Shown: positions 1-8,152 of the stretch, piece by piece
How the letters are laid out: every line of letters starts with the position of its first letter
Position numbering within the stretch: position 1 is the stretch's first letter
Assembly (NCBI GenBank): GCA_041288095.1
Contig: JBGGMJ010000122.1
Span: forward strand, 1 to 24,068
Direction: 5' to 3'
Length of the DNA stretch: 24,068 bases
DNA from: Myxococcota bacterium
Lineage (GTDB): Bacteria > Myxococcota > XYA12-FULL-58-9 > JALHOP01
Made by a program: the position numbers and the translations under genes
The notes under the pieces: generated by a model
The model's database searches: none
What the model was told of the DNA's origin: nothing
What the model saw: only the letters and a program-made list of their open reading frames with translations

Positions 1-1
1 G

Positions 2-187
2 GCTCCCGTGCGCGCCTCGACTCCGGTTCGCGCCGCCGGTCCGATCACGCCCGCGGCGACCCGTCGCGACGCGCCCATCGGTGCAAAATCCTCCGAGGAC
101 GAGACCAAGGCCATTGGCGCCCGTCAGTCGCCGGTGCTCGCCAGCAAGAAGCTCAAGAAGAAGGTCGTCGTCAAAAAGAAAGTCTAA
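2..187 (+). CDS. 3' end of an unknown protein (partial), Pro/Ala-rich with a Lys-rich C-terminus
   Basis: Frame open from position 2 to TAA at 185-187: APVRASTPVRAAGPITPAATRR...ASKKLKKKVVVKKKV*. Not in the ORF track because its start lies outside the window. Confidence 0.6.
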   Translation, partial: APVRASTPVRAAGPITPAATRRDAPIGAKSSEDETKAIGARQSPVLASKKLKKKVVVKKKV

Positions 188-195
188 CGTCGCTG

Positions 196-225
196 TTGTG
201 CTTCCGGTTTCCCCGGAACTACAAC
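196..225 (+). promoter_or_regulatory. Possible sigma70-type promoter for pyrE, with an inverted repeat in the spacer
   Basis: TTGTGC(196-201)-18 nt-TACAAC(220-225), ending 7 nt before the ATG. Spacer contains TTCCGG-N5-CCGGAA (202-218). Weak consensus match. Confidence 0.3.
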
Positions 226-232
226 TCACGGC

Positions 233-811
233 ATGGACGACTTGCGAGCGGCGCGTACGCGTCTGCTCACCCTCTTGAAAGAACGCTCGTGGCGGCGCGG
301 CCCTGTCGTGCTCGCCTCGGGACGCACCAGCGACTTTTATCTCGACTGCAAGCAGACGGCTCTGTCCGCCGAGGGCGCGTACCTCATCGGCAAGCTGGTC
401 TTCGAGCACGTCCGCGAGCTGCGTAACAAAGGTGTCACCATCGAAGGGGTCGGCGGCCTGACGCTCGGCGCCGATCCGATCGCGGTGGCAACCGCTCTGA
501 CGAGCCAAGCCGCGGGTGAGCCGGTGCAGGCGTTCATCATTCGCAAGGAGCCCAAAGGGCACGGCACCGGCGCTTGGATGGAAGGCTCCGCGATGCTCCC
601 GGAAGGCTCGAAGGTCCTCATCGTGGAGGACGTCGTGACGACCGGCGGCTCCTCTCGCAAGGCGATCGAGCGCGCCGTTTTCTCCGGGCTCACGCCCATG
701 GCGCTCATCTGTTTGGTCGACCGCGAAGAAGGCGGGCGCGCCGCTTTAGCGGACACAGGCCTGCCGATGACGTCTATTTTCACCCGCAGCGACTTTTTCG
801 CGGAGCCTTGA
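233..811 (+). CDS. pyrE: Orotate phosphoribosyltransferase
   Basis: LASGRTSDFYLDCK N-terminal motif, flexible loop IRKEPKGHGT, PRPP-binding motif VLIVEDVVTTGGS, LVDREEGG; 192 aa. Confidence 0.96.
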   Translation: MDDLRAARTRLLTLLKERSWRRGPVVLASGRTSDFYLDCKQTALSAEGAYLIGKLVFEHVRELRNKGVTIEGVGGLTLGADPIAVATALTSQAAGEPVQAFIIRKEPKGHGTGAWMEGSAMLPEGSKVLIVEDVVTTGGSSRKAIERAVFSGLTPMALICLVDREEGGRAALADTGLPMTSIFTRSDFFAEP

Positions 812-1470
812 TGTTGCGTCGCGTAGGTCTCGCCCTCGTCCTCTGTGCGTCCGCCTGTACCAAGCCCGCCCCACCGGTGGCCGGCCGCTACGATGCCGCC
901 GGAACGGACGTGCAGGCGGAGGACTACCCACACGTGCTCGCGAGCTGGACGCGTGACAATCGGCTCTACAACGGGCTCGAGAATAAAGTCTTCGTCACCT
1001 CCGTCTTTTTGACTCCAGAGCTACGCGCCGCCGTGCGTACCGCTTACCCGGACGTCGTCGGCCATGGCGGAGCAGTGACGCGCGATGAGCTCGCCACTGG
1101 TCCCGGGAACGACCTGGTGTTCTTCGTCACCATGTACACGGCGGACCGCAAGTGGAACGACCTGCAGGCGCCGACGTCGATCTGGAAAGTGACCCTGAAG
1201 GGCGCTTCGGAAGTCGCGCCGACGTCAATCGTCCGCGTCCGCCCGGACGAGAACATGCGCACCGTGTTTCCTTTCATAGGGCGCTACGACGAGACCTACG
1301 TCTTGCGCTTTGCCCAGGGCGACGGCGCCGTCATCGGCTCGGGCACCAACGAAGCGACCCTGCGTTTGGCAAGCGGGCTCGGCGAAACCAGCCTCACATG
1401 GCAGCTCGCGCGTGGCACGCAACCGGTACCGAAGACCGGCGAGCCACCGATGGCTCCAGCGGTGCGTTGA
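811..1470 (+). CDS. Putative lipoprotein of unknown function (219 aa)
   Basis: ATG at 811 overlaps the pyrE stop (TGATG). Signal MLRRVGLALVLCASA-C with lipobox-like Cys16. The ORF-track start at 574 lies inside pyrE and is rejected. Confidence 0.82.
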   Translation: MLRRVGLALVLCASACTKPAPPVAGRYDAAGTDVQAEDYPHVLASWTRDNRLYNGLENKVFVTSVFLTPELRAAVRTAYPDVVGHGGAVTRDELATGPGNDLVFFVTMYTADRKWNDLQAPTSIWKVTLKGASEVAPTSIVRVRPDENMRTVFPFIGRYDETYVLRFAQGDGAVIGSGTNEATLRLASGLGETSLTWQLARGTQPVPKTGEPPMAPAVR

Positions 1471-3830
1471 TGAGACAGCGCGGGGCGGTGCTCATTGCGC
1501 TCGTCACCGCCTGCGGCGTCGACCTGCCGTTGCGCGACGACGTTACTTACACCTGCCGCACGAGCGCCGATTGTCCGCTCGAGCTGTCTTGCGCGGTTGC
1601 CATCCAGAGTTGTGTCGCCGACCTCGACACGATTGCACCACGACTCACGAGCATCACGACGTCGAACCGCCAGACGGTCATTCTCGTCTTCGACGAAGCG
1701 GTCGACCACGACCTCGCGGCACTGCCATCGACCTTCATCATCGTCCGCGATGATGGACAGCCGCTCGAGGTCCTCGCGGCGGCGCCGCTCGAGGACGGCA
1801 AGAGCATCGTTCTGCGCACCGGCACGCAACGGGGCGCGGCGGTCTATACGCTCGAGACCTCGATTACCGACGCCCAGGGGAACCTCGCGACCCTCGACCA
1901 AGAAACGTTCACCGGCTTTGGCAGCGCGCCGGACTCGACGCCGCCGCAAACCATCGCGCCCGTCGACGCGAGTGTCATCGTGGTACCGCCGCCCGATCGC
2001 GACGACCTCACCGTCATCCTCGCCTGGACGCCCCGGTCTGGCGCCATCAACTACACCGTCGAGGTGTCGAGCAAGGCGACGTTCGATCCGATCGACATGA
2101 CGATCGAGGTCCGCGGAGATGAGTCGTCGCAGGTGTTACGCGTCGTCGAAGGCACGACCTACTTCTGGCGTGTGCGCTCCGATGCCACCGTCCCGGGTGA
2201 GTTCGGGAGCGCTTCCTTCACCATCCTATTCGATACCGTCTACGTTTATTGTCCGGTGGGCACGGCCTGCAGGGCGGGCGACGGAGTCGGGAGCAAAAAT
2301 GTGCCGCTCGCGAGTGTGGCCCGGGCGATTACGCTAGCGACGGATCGTGCCTTGCCGACCATCGCGGTCGCGGCGCGCGGCAATGATGCGGGTGGCAACG
2401 TAGCGACCTACGACGAGCCGATCTCCATCACCGGCGCGGGCCGAACCATCGTCGGCGGCTACGACGGCAGCTTCGCGGGTCCACCCAATCGGGCCATCAA
2501 CCGCGCGCGCATCGCGTACGAGCTCGGCGTCCTCACCGTCACGCAGAACACGGGTGTCATCACCATCGACAAGCTCGAGCTCGAGGCGACACTCACGAAC
2601 GAGGTCGCGCCACCGACGCAGGAGCTCGTCACCGCGACGATGTCGGAGCTGGGCGCCGACGTCGTCTTCAGGGATTGCCTCATCACCACCGCCGACACCA
2701 ACGATGGAGGCACACCGGAAACGACCTTGCCCGCGGCGACGCTGGCGCTCGCGGCCGTGAATATCGGGACGGCAGCCGTCCGCCTCGATGCCGCGACGAC
2801 GGTGACCGCCGGCCGCGCGTTTCGCAGCACCACGGCCGCGCTGAGCTTGAACGGCCACCTGGTCGTCGAAGGCAGCCACCTGACGGCCCGGCGCGTGTTC
2901 GACTCCAACGCGGGCGCTAGCTCGGTAGGGCTCGCCGCCGTGGGCGGCATCGTCGAGGTCGTCGATGCGCTGATCGAGGCGGGGAACTTCGTGCCGACCA
3001 TCGGCTTCCCGTCCGGCGCCGTCAACGTGCTGAACACCGCCGGCGCGATTCGCCGCTCGACGATCGTTAGTGGCGATGGTGGCGCGCGCGGCAATGGCGT
3101 CGTCGTGCTCGGGTTGACCAACGACCTGCTGGAGCTCACGGGCAACACCGTCGTCGTGACCTCGGCGATCGAGAATGGGACCGGCATCATCTGGCAGGAG
3201 ATGGCGTCGACCCTCGCGAACAACGTCGTCGTCGTCGACAGCCCAACGAGCGCGCGCGGCATCCACGTGGTGGGCCTCGAGATTCACCGCGTCGTCAACA
3301 ACACCATCGTCGTCTCCGGCGCCGGCGACAGCACCGGCTTTTACGTGAGCACGGGCGCCCCGGACCTCGCAAACAACTTGGTCGTCTGCTCTAGCGGCGC
3401 CGGGGCGAGCAGCGGCGTCACCGAGAGCCTCCAGCAGTCCGATCCGCGCGCGCTCATCAACAACGTCTTCATCGGTTGCGACACGGCGTACCAGCAGGAC
3501 GACGGTGCCCTGGTCGCCGACGCCAACGGCGTCGACGGCGAGCTGATGGACTGCGGAGGCTGCACGCAGGTCCGCTCGAGCGGCAACGTGTCGATGGCAA
3601 GCTTCGACCCCTTCGTGTCGGCCGGTGGCGCCGACGGCAATCTCGATACTCCCGACGGCGACTTCACGCTCGCAACGACCGACGTCGCCATCACCGAGGG
3701 TGGAGTCGACACGGCATCGACGAGCTGCGGCAACACCGGCCAGCTCCACGATTGCGGCGCGCTGACCGTCGACTTCGCCGGCCGCGCGCGTACCCTCCCC
3801 ACCTCGATCGGCGCCCATGAGAAGGACTGA
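1470..3830 (+). CDS. Large multidomain lipoprotein A (Cys-rich motif, Ig-like, FN3-like, parallel beta-helix, C-terminal cap), 786 aa
   Basis: ATG at 1470 overlaps the upstream stop (TGATG). Signal MRQRGAVLIALVTA-C; C-x5-C-x5-C-x6-C motif; DTIAPRL...VILVFDEAV (Ig-like); LAWTP...YTVEVS...TYFWRVRS (FN3-like); Asn ladders (GNTVVV, ANNVVVV, VNNTIVV, ANNLVV, INNVF); terminal DFAGRAR...SIGAHE. Domain names assigned by eye. Confidence 0.8.
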   Translation: MRQRGAVLIALVTACGVDLPLRDDVTYTCRTSADCPLELSCAVAIQSCVADLDTIAPRLTSITTSNRQTVILVFDEAVDHDLAALPSTFIIVRDDGQPLEVLAAAPLEDGKSIVLRTGTQRGAAVYTLETSITDAQGNLATLDQETFTGFGSAPDSTPPQTIAPVDASVIVVPPPDRDDLTVILAWTPRSGAINYTVEVSSKATFDPIDMTIEVRGDESSQVLRVVEGTTYFWRVRSDATVPGEFGSASFTILFDTVYVYCPVGTACRAGDGVGSKNVPLASVARAITLATDRALPTIAVAARGNDAGGNVATYDEPISITGAGRTIVGGYDGSFAGPPNRAINRARIAYELGVLTVTQNTGVITIDKLELEATLTNEVAPPTQELVTATMSELGADVVFRDCLITTADTNDGGTPETTLPAATLALAAVNIGTAAVRLDAATTVTAGRAFRSTTAALSLNGHLVVEGSHLTARRVFDSNAGASSVGLAAVGGIVEVVDALIEAGNFVPTIGFPSGAVNVLNTAGAIRRSTIVSGDGGARGNGVVVLGLTNDLLELTGNTVVVTSAIENGTGIIWQEMASTLANNVVVVDSPTSARGIHVVGLEIHRVVNNTIVVSGAGDSTGFYVSTGAPDLANNLVVCSSGAGASSGVTESLQQSDPRALINNVFIGCDTAYQQDDGALVADANGVDGELMDCGGCTQVRSSGNVSMASFDPFVSAGGADGNLDTPDGDFTLATTDVAITEGGVDTASTSCGNTGQLHDCGALTVDFAGRARTLPTSIGAHEKD

Positions 3831-3831
3831 C

Positions 3832-6180
3832 ATGAAGCGCTTGCTGCCCTTGCTGCTGCTCACGGGCTGCGGCGTCGACCTCGAGGTACCCGAGGGCCTC
3901 GAAGTTACCTGCGCAACGGACGCCGAGTGCCAGGACGGTAAGGTCTGCGCGCTCCTCATCGGTCGTTGCGTCGACAGCGTGGATTCCGTCGCCCCACGCA
4001 TCGTCGCCGCCGACCCGCCCACGCCCGATCGCGTTCGTGTCGTTTATAGCGAACCGGTCGCTTGCACACAGGCCACGAGCAGTGCCACCTACGTCATCTC
4101 GCCGCCACTAGCGGCCAGCTTGGTGAACGGCAGCGGCTGCAAGGATAGCGACTCCTTCACCACCGAAGCCGTCCTTTTCACCGACCTCCAAGCGCCGCTC
4201 GTCGATTACACGCTGACGGCAATCGGCATCGTCGACAGCGGCGGTAATCTCCTCGCCGCCGACGGCAGCTCCACGACCTTCAAGGGGTTCGGTGCAGCGC
4301 CGGATCCGTCGCCGCCACTGGCGCTCGTCCCGCTCGACGCGAGCCGCGTCCTCGGGCGGCAGCAGAGCCTCGTCTGGACCGCGCGTCCCGGTGTCGACAC
4401 GTACATCGTCGAGGTGGCGACGGACGCCGGCTTCGCGACCCCGATCTCCGGTAGCCCGTTCGTGGTCGAGGAGGCGACCCTCAATCTGACCGGGCTCGAG
4501 GACGTGACCTACTTCTGGCGCGTGCGCTCGAACCTTACCGCCGTCGGCACCGTGCTTGCCGTACAGAGCTTCGACGTCTTGGTGGACACGGTCTACGTCG
4601 CTTGCGCGAGCGAGCCATGCGAGGGTGGCGTCCGCAATGGCAGCCGCACCCGCCCATATGCGGGGCTACAGCGCGCCCTCGCCGCGGCCGCCGAGCTCTC
4701 CACGTCCATCGACGTGCCAACGCCGACCATCAAGATCGCGGCGCGGGGCCCGAGCACGCCTTACGTCGGCGCGGTGATTTTGCAGTGGCAATCGGTACGC
4801 GTCGAGGGCGGGTGGGACGCGACGTTCACGAGCAGAAGCACTGACCCGACACAGACCGTCCTCGAAGCACCAGGCTCGGTCATGCTGGTGAGCAACCTGC
4901 CTGGAGCGGTGAGCGCGTCCATCGAGCGGCTCACCTTGCGGACGCCCAGCGACATCGACGCGAACACGCTTACCGTGACCGCGGCGAGCAGCAGCCTCTT
5001 GTTCAGAGAGGTGATCGTCGAGGGTCGTTCGAACGGTCTCAGCCACGCCCTCAGTATCAGCGGTGGGCCGGCCGCCGGACCGCGGTTCCAGAGCTGTGTC
5101 TTCACGATGGCGCCCGCCGACACCAGCAGCGTGCAATTGGCGGTCATAAGGAACGCCGCGCCGTCTTTCGACAGTTGCACCTTCGCGTTTGCCCCAGGCA
5201 GCGCTCAGGACGCCGTCGCGGTCGAAGTGCAGGGGCCGCTGCCCGGCAATCTTGTCTTCGACGGCTGCGACATCGCGAGCGGCGCGGGCGCCAATCTCGA
5301 CGGTCATTCCTATGGTGTGCAAGTGAGCATGGTGGGTGCGTCGGCCGGCCGCGTCGAGCTCGTGCGATCGACGGTGACCAGCAACACCGCGGACGTGAGC
5401 GGCGCCGTCTACCTCCAGCAACAAGCGCGCATCATGGTCGATTCCTCGGTGCTCGCGGCGAGCGACGCCGTCGCGGCGAGCGAAGCCCTGACCCAGAGCA
5501 TCCTCCTGGATGCTCCCGAAATAGTCGTCCGCAATAGCGTTCTGTCGGCGGGTGAGGCCACGAACGCCTATGCGCTACGCGCCGCGAACAGCCCAAGCCT
5601 CACGGTGACCAACTCTTTGCTCCTGACGCGCGCCACGTCGGCAGGCGCCGCCGACGCGATGACGCTGTACAACATCCATCCCATCCTCACGAACAACATC
5701 TTCGCCACGGCGGACATCAACCAGCCATGCGTCGGCATGCAGCTACTGGACAGCGACGTGCTGCCCATCGCCATGCTCAACAACGTCTTCCTCCACTGCA
5801 ACGGCTACAGAACCGGCACGTACACGGCAACAACGACCGCCGGCATCAACGCTCTCGATGGCGTAGAGATCACCGACGACGGTTGCCTAGAGCCTGCGTG
5901 TCCCAACGCGCGGTTCGCGGGCAACGTGGTGATGGCCGACACCTTCGACAACGTCTTCGTCGATTGGGACGGAGACGACGACGACCCGGCCACGATAGCG
6001 GACAACGACTATCACCTACTCGCCGGCGCCGACGCTCAGATCACCGAAGGCGGCCTGGACAGCAGCGCCAACAGCTGCGCGCCGCAAGGCGAGAGCGCGC
6101 CGTGCAACGTGCCACTCACCGACATCGACGGCCAAGCGAGGGACGTCCCCTACTCGATCGGACCCGACGAAGTACCCTAG
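3832..6180 (+). CDS. Large multidomain lipoprotein B, paralog of the preceding gene, 782 aa
   Basis: GAAGGA SD-like sequence before ATG 3832. Signal MKRLLPLLLLTG-C; same Cys spacing, TYFWRVRS, DTVYV, AARG, ITEGG and terminal DIDGQAR...SIGPDE. Confidence 0.82.
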   Translation: MKRLLPLLLLTGCGVDLEVPEGLEVTCATDAECQDGKVCALLIGRCVDSVDSVAPRIVAADPPTPDRVRVVYSEPVACTQATSSATYVISPPLAASLVNGSGCKDSDSFTTEAVLFTDLQAPLVDYTLTAIGIVDSGGNLLAADGSSTTFKGFGAAPDPSPPLALVPLDASRVLGRQQSLVWTARPGVDTYIVEVATDAGFATPISGSPFVVEEATLNLTGLEDVTYFWRVRSNLTAVGTVLAVQSFDVLVDTVYVACASEPCEGGVRNGSRTRPYAGLQRALAAAAELSTSIDVPTPTIKIAARGPSTPYVGAVILQWQSVRVEGGWDATFTSRSTDPTQTVLEAPGSVMLVSNLPGAVSASIERLTLRTPSDIDANTLTVTAASSSLLFREVIVEGRSNGLSHALSISGGPAAGPRFQSCVFTMAPADTSSVQLAVIRNAAPSFDSCTFAFAPGSAQDAVAVEVQGPLPGNLVFDGCDIASGAGANLDGHSYGVQVSMVGASAGRVELVRSTVTSNTADVSGAVYLQQQARIMVDSSVLAASDAVAASEALTQSILLDAPEIVVRNSVLSAGEATNAYALRAANSPSLTVTNSLLLTRATSAGAADAMTLYNIHPILTNNIFATADINQPCVGMQLLDSDVLPIAMLNNVFLHCNGYRTGTYTATTTAGINALDGVEITDDGCLEPACPNARFAGNVVMADTFDNVFVDWDGDDDDPATIADNDYHLLAGADAQITEGGLDSSANSCAPQGESAPCNVPLTDIDGQARDVPYSIGPDEVP

Positions 6181-6602
6181 AGGTGCTTCAAGAGAAAATC
6201 AGCGAGCATGTCCTCGGGCTCGCCGAACGAGCTGCCGGTCTTCGCTGGGTCCACGGGAGCAGCCGCCTCGGGTGCGTCGGCGGGGGCGGTTGGCGTGGCC
6301 GGGACCACACTCTTGGCGGCGCCCAGAAACCCTTCTTCGCATTGGTAGGCGGTGTCGCCGACGATGAGGCTGCCCTGGAAGTGCTCGGCGCCGGCCGCCT
6401 GGGCCTCTTCGACCGAGAGGACGCAGCCCATCCAGCCATGCACGTCATCGCCCGAAAGCAGCTCGGTGACGCGAACCGCGGGTGCCAGCTTGTACGAGGT
6501 ATTCTGCTCGAAGATCGTGAGCATATCGTCTTCGAAGAGCACTTCGCCGTCGTCGATCCACTGTTCGATCATTTCGTGCGTAAAGAACAGCGGACCAGCC
6601 AC
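6177..6602 (-). CDS. Small acidic hypothetical protein (about 141 aa) with a Pro/Ala linker and a C-terminal amphipathic helix (DMLADFLLKHL)
   Basis: Non-shadow composition filling the gap between two + strand genes. GTG at 6602 is preceded by GAGGG; the alternative ATG at 6629 overlaps a likely -10 box. Resembles myxobacterial hypothetical proteins from memory (unverified). Confidence 0.75.
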   Translation of the reverse strand: MAGPLFFTHEMIEQWIDDGEVLFEDDMLTIFEQNTSYKLAPAVRVTELLSGDDVHGWMGCVLSVEEAQAAGAEHFQGSLIVGDTAYQCEEGFLGAAKSVVPATPTAPADAPEAAAPVDPAKTGSSFGEPEDMLADFLLKHL

Positions 6603-6627
6603 GTTGCTTTCCCTCGTACCCGCCCGC

Positions 6628-6633
6628 ATAGTA
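6628..6633 (-). promoter_or_regulatory. Candidate -10 element (TACTAT) for the small acidic gene
   Basis: TACTAT on the - strand in the divergent intergenic region, about 25 nt upstream of GTG 6602. No convincing -35. Confidence 0.35.
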
Positions 6634-6692
6634 GTGGAACGTCATAAACCGCGCCAGCATTCAGGCTGGCTGCACGCGGGAAGAGCAAACCA

Positions 6693-7022
6693 ATGGCAGA
6701 AGGCATCCTGACCCTCACAGATAGCGACTTCGACTCCAAGGTCATCAAGGCCGAACGCCCCGTTTTGGTCGACTTTTGGGCCGAATGGTGCGCCCCGTGC
6801 CGTGCCCTGACCCCCATCGTCGAAGACGTGGCCAAGCAGTTTTCCGGCAGAATCGATGTCGCCAAGATGAACATCGATGAGCATCCGGAAGCACCCGGCC
6901 GCTACTCGGTTCGTGCGATTCCGACCCTGCTCGTGTTCAAGGGCGGCAACGTCGTCGACCAGATCGTCGGCTTGGTTTCGAAGGCCAAGCTCGAGCAAGT
7001 CCTCGCCAAGCACGTCGCCTGA
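6693..7022 (+). CDS. trxA: Thioredoxin
   Basis: VLVDFWAEWCAPC active site, cis-Pro motif VRAIPTL, 109 aa. Confidence 0.96.
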   Translation: MAEGILTLTDSDFDSKVIKAERPVLVDFWAEWCAPCRALTPIVEDVAKQFSGRIDVAKMNIDEHPEAPGRYSVRAIPTLLVFKGGNVVDQIVGLVSKAKLEQVLAKHVA

Positions 7023-8125
7023 GACGTTTTCGGCTCGGATTCGCCAGCATCGCGACGCTGACGATCGCGGTGCCGGCGTGGGCACAAATCGAGACGGCCG
7101 AAGACGCCGCGCGAGCGACCAACGCCAAAGTGGTCGATCTCGTTGCCAGCGACAATCGTACGTGCGCGCGACTGCGCGACGGTACCTGGACCTGCTGGGG
7201 CGAGGCCTTGCTCGGCGATGCCGGCGCCGTCGCCAGCTATCCGCGGGAGCTTCGCTACCTGGTGCCGAAGGCGTCGGGGTGCGGCGTCGCCCAGGCAGGG
7301 GACGTCGTCTGCTGGGGCAGCTGGGGCGACGGCACATCACGGCCAACGCGCATCGACGCTCAGCGCGGCGCGCGCGTCATCGGGCTCGCCGACGATCGCT
7401 TGTGCATCGGCACCAGCGACAACCACGTATTTTGCCGTCGCCGGAAGAGTGCGTGGCAACCGCTACCCTACGACGACGTCGTGCGCTTGGGCGTCGCGGA
7501 CAACCGCGTGGGCCTCGTGCGCCATGGTCACCAGCTGACGCTGGTTCAATATGCCCGCGATAGCGACGTGAGCAAAGCGCGCGACATCGGCCTCCCGGCG
7601 CGCACGATCGTTTTCGGCGCGGACACGAGCTACGTGGTCACACGCGACTATCGCGGCGTCGCCATCCCGGACGGTGGCGAGCCACAAGGACTGCCCGGAC
7701 TTCCGAACGCCGTGCACATCGGCGCTGATCCCTCGGCGCGCCACGTCTGCGCCACCGACAAAGGGGGGACAGTTCGCTGCAGCGGACAAAACCAGGCGGG
7801 GCAGCTCGGCACCGGCGACACCGCGAACCGGGCGTCATTCGAGCTGGTCCCTGGTATCGCGGGCGCTCAGCGCGTGGCCGTCGGCGCGTTCCACACGTGT
7901 GCCCTCACCACGACCGGCGAGGTCTTCTGCTGGGGCGCGAACGACGCGGGTCAACTCGGCGTGAAGCTCGCCGAGCCCGAGCCCGCCGCTCCGAAGGGCC
8001 GTCAGAAGGGCTCGTTCACGCGCGCCAACGTCGGCGAGAGCCCGCGAGCGAGTCTCTGCACGATCGCCAAGAAGACCGCGCCGGTGCAGTGCGCGCTGTC
8101 GCCTGTTCAGGTCGCCGTGCCCTGA
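7019..8125 (+). CDS. RCC1/BLIP-II-like Cys-rich beta-propeller repeat protein, probably secreted
   Basis: Repeats such as HTCALTTTGEVFCWGANDAGQLG, HVCATDKGGTVRCSGQNQAGQLG, RTCARLRDGTWTCWG. First canonical start is GTG 7070, but an in-frame signal peptide extends back to CTG 7019. Confidence 0.8.
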   Translation: MRRFRLGFASIATLTIAVPAWAQIETAEDAARATNAKVVDLVASDNRTCARLRDGTWTCWGEALLGDAGAVASYPRELRYLVPKASGCGVAQAGDVVCWGSWGDGTSRPTRIDAQRGARVIGLADDRLCIGTSDNHVFCRRRKSAWQPLPYDDVVRLGVADNRVGLVRHGHQLTLVQYARDSDVSKARDIGLPARTIVFGADTSYVVTRDYRGVAIPDGGEPQGLPGLPNAVHIGADPSARHVCATDKGGTVRCSGQNQAGQLGTGDTANRASFELVPGIAGAQRVAVGAFHTCALTTTGEVFCWGANDAGQLGVKLAEPEPAAPKGRQKGSFTRANVGESPRASLCTIAKKTAPVQCALSPVQVAVP

Positions 8126-8152
8126 CCCTGGGTCTCCTCGGACGAGGAAGCG

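Noticed and set aside
574..1469. ORF-track upstream extensions: starts at 574 and 1152, and likewise 10024 (rodA), 13805 (mreD), 16100 (holA)
   Set aside because: The extensions are Arg-rich out-of-frame read-through of neighbouring genes; better starts overlap the upstream stops and give proper N-termini.
2334..4022. 562-aa antisense ORF over the large lipoproteins
   Set aside because: Typical stop-poor shadow frame of GC-rich coding DNA; no motifs.
6783..6800. Thioredoxin active site WCAPC rather than WCGPC
   Set aside because: Common natural variant.
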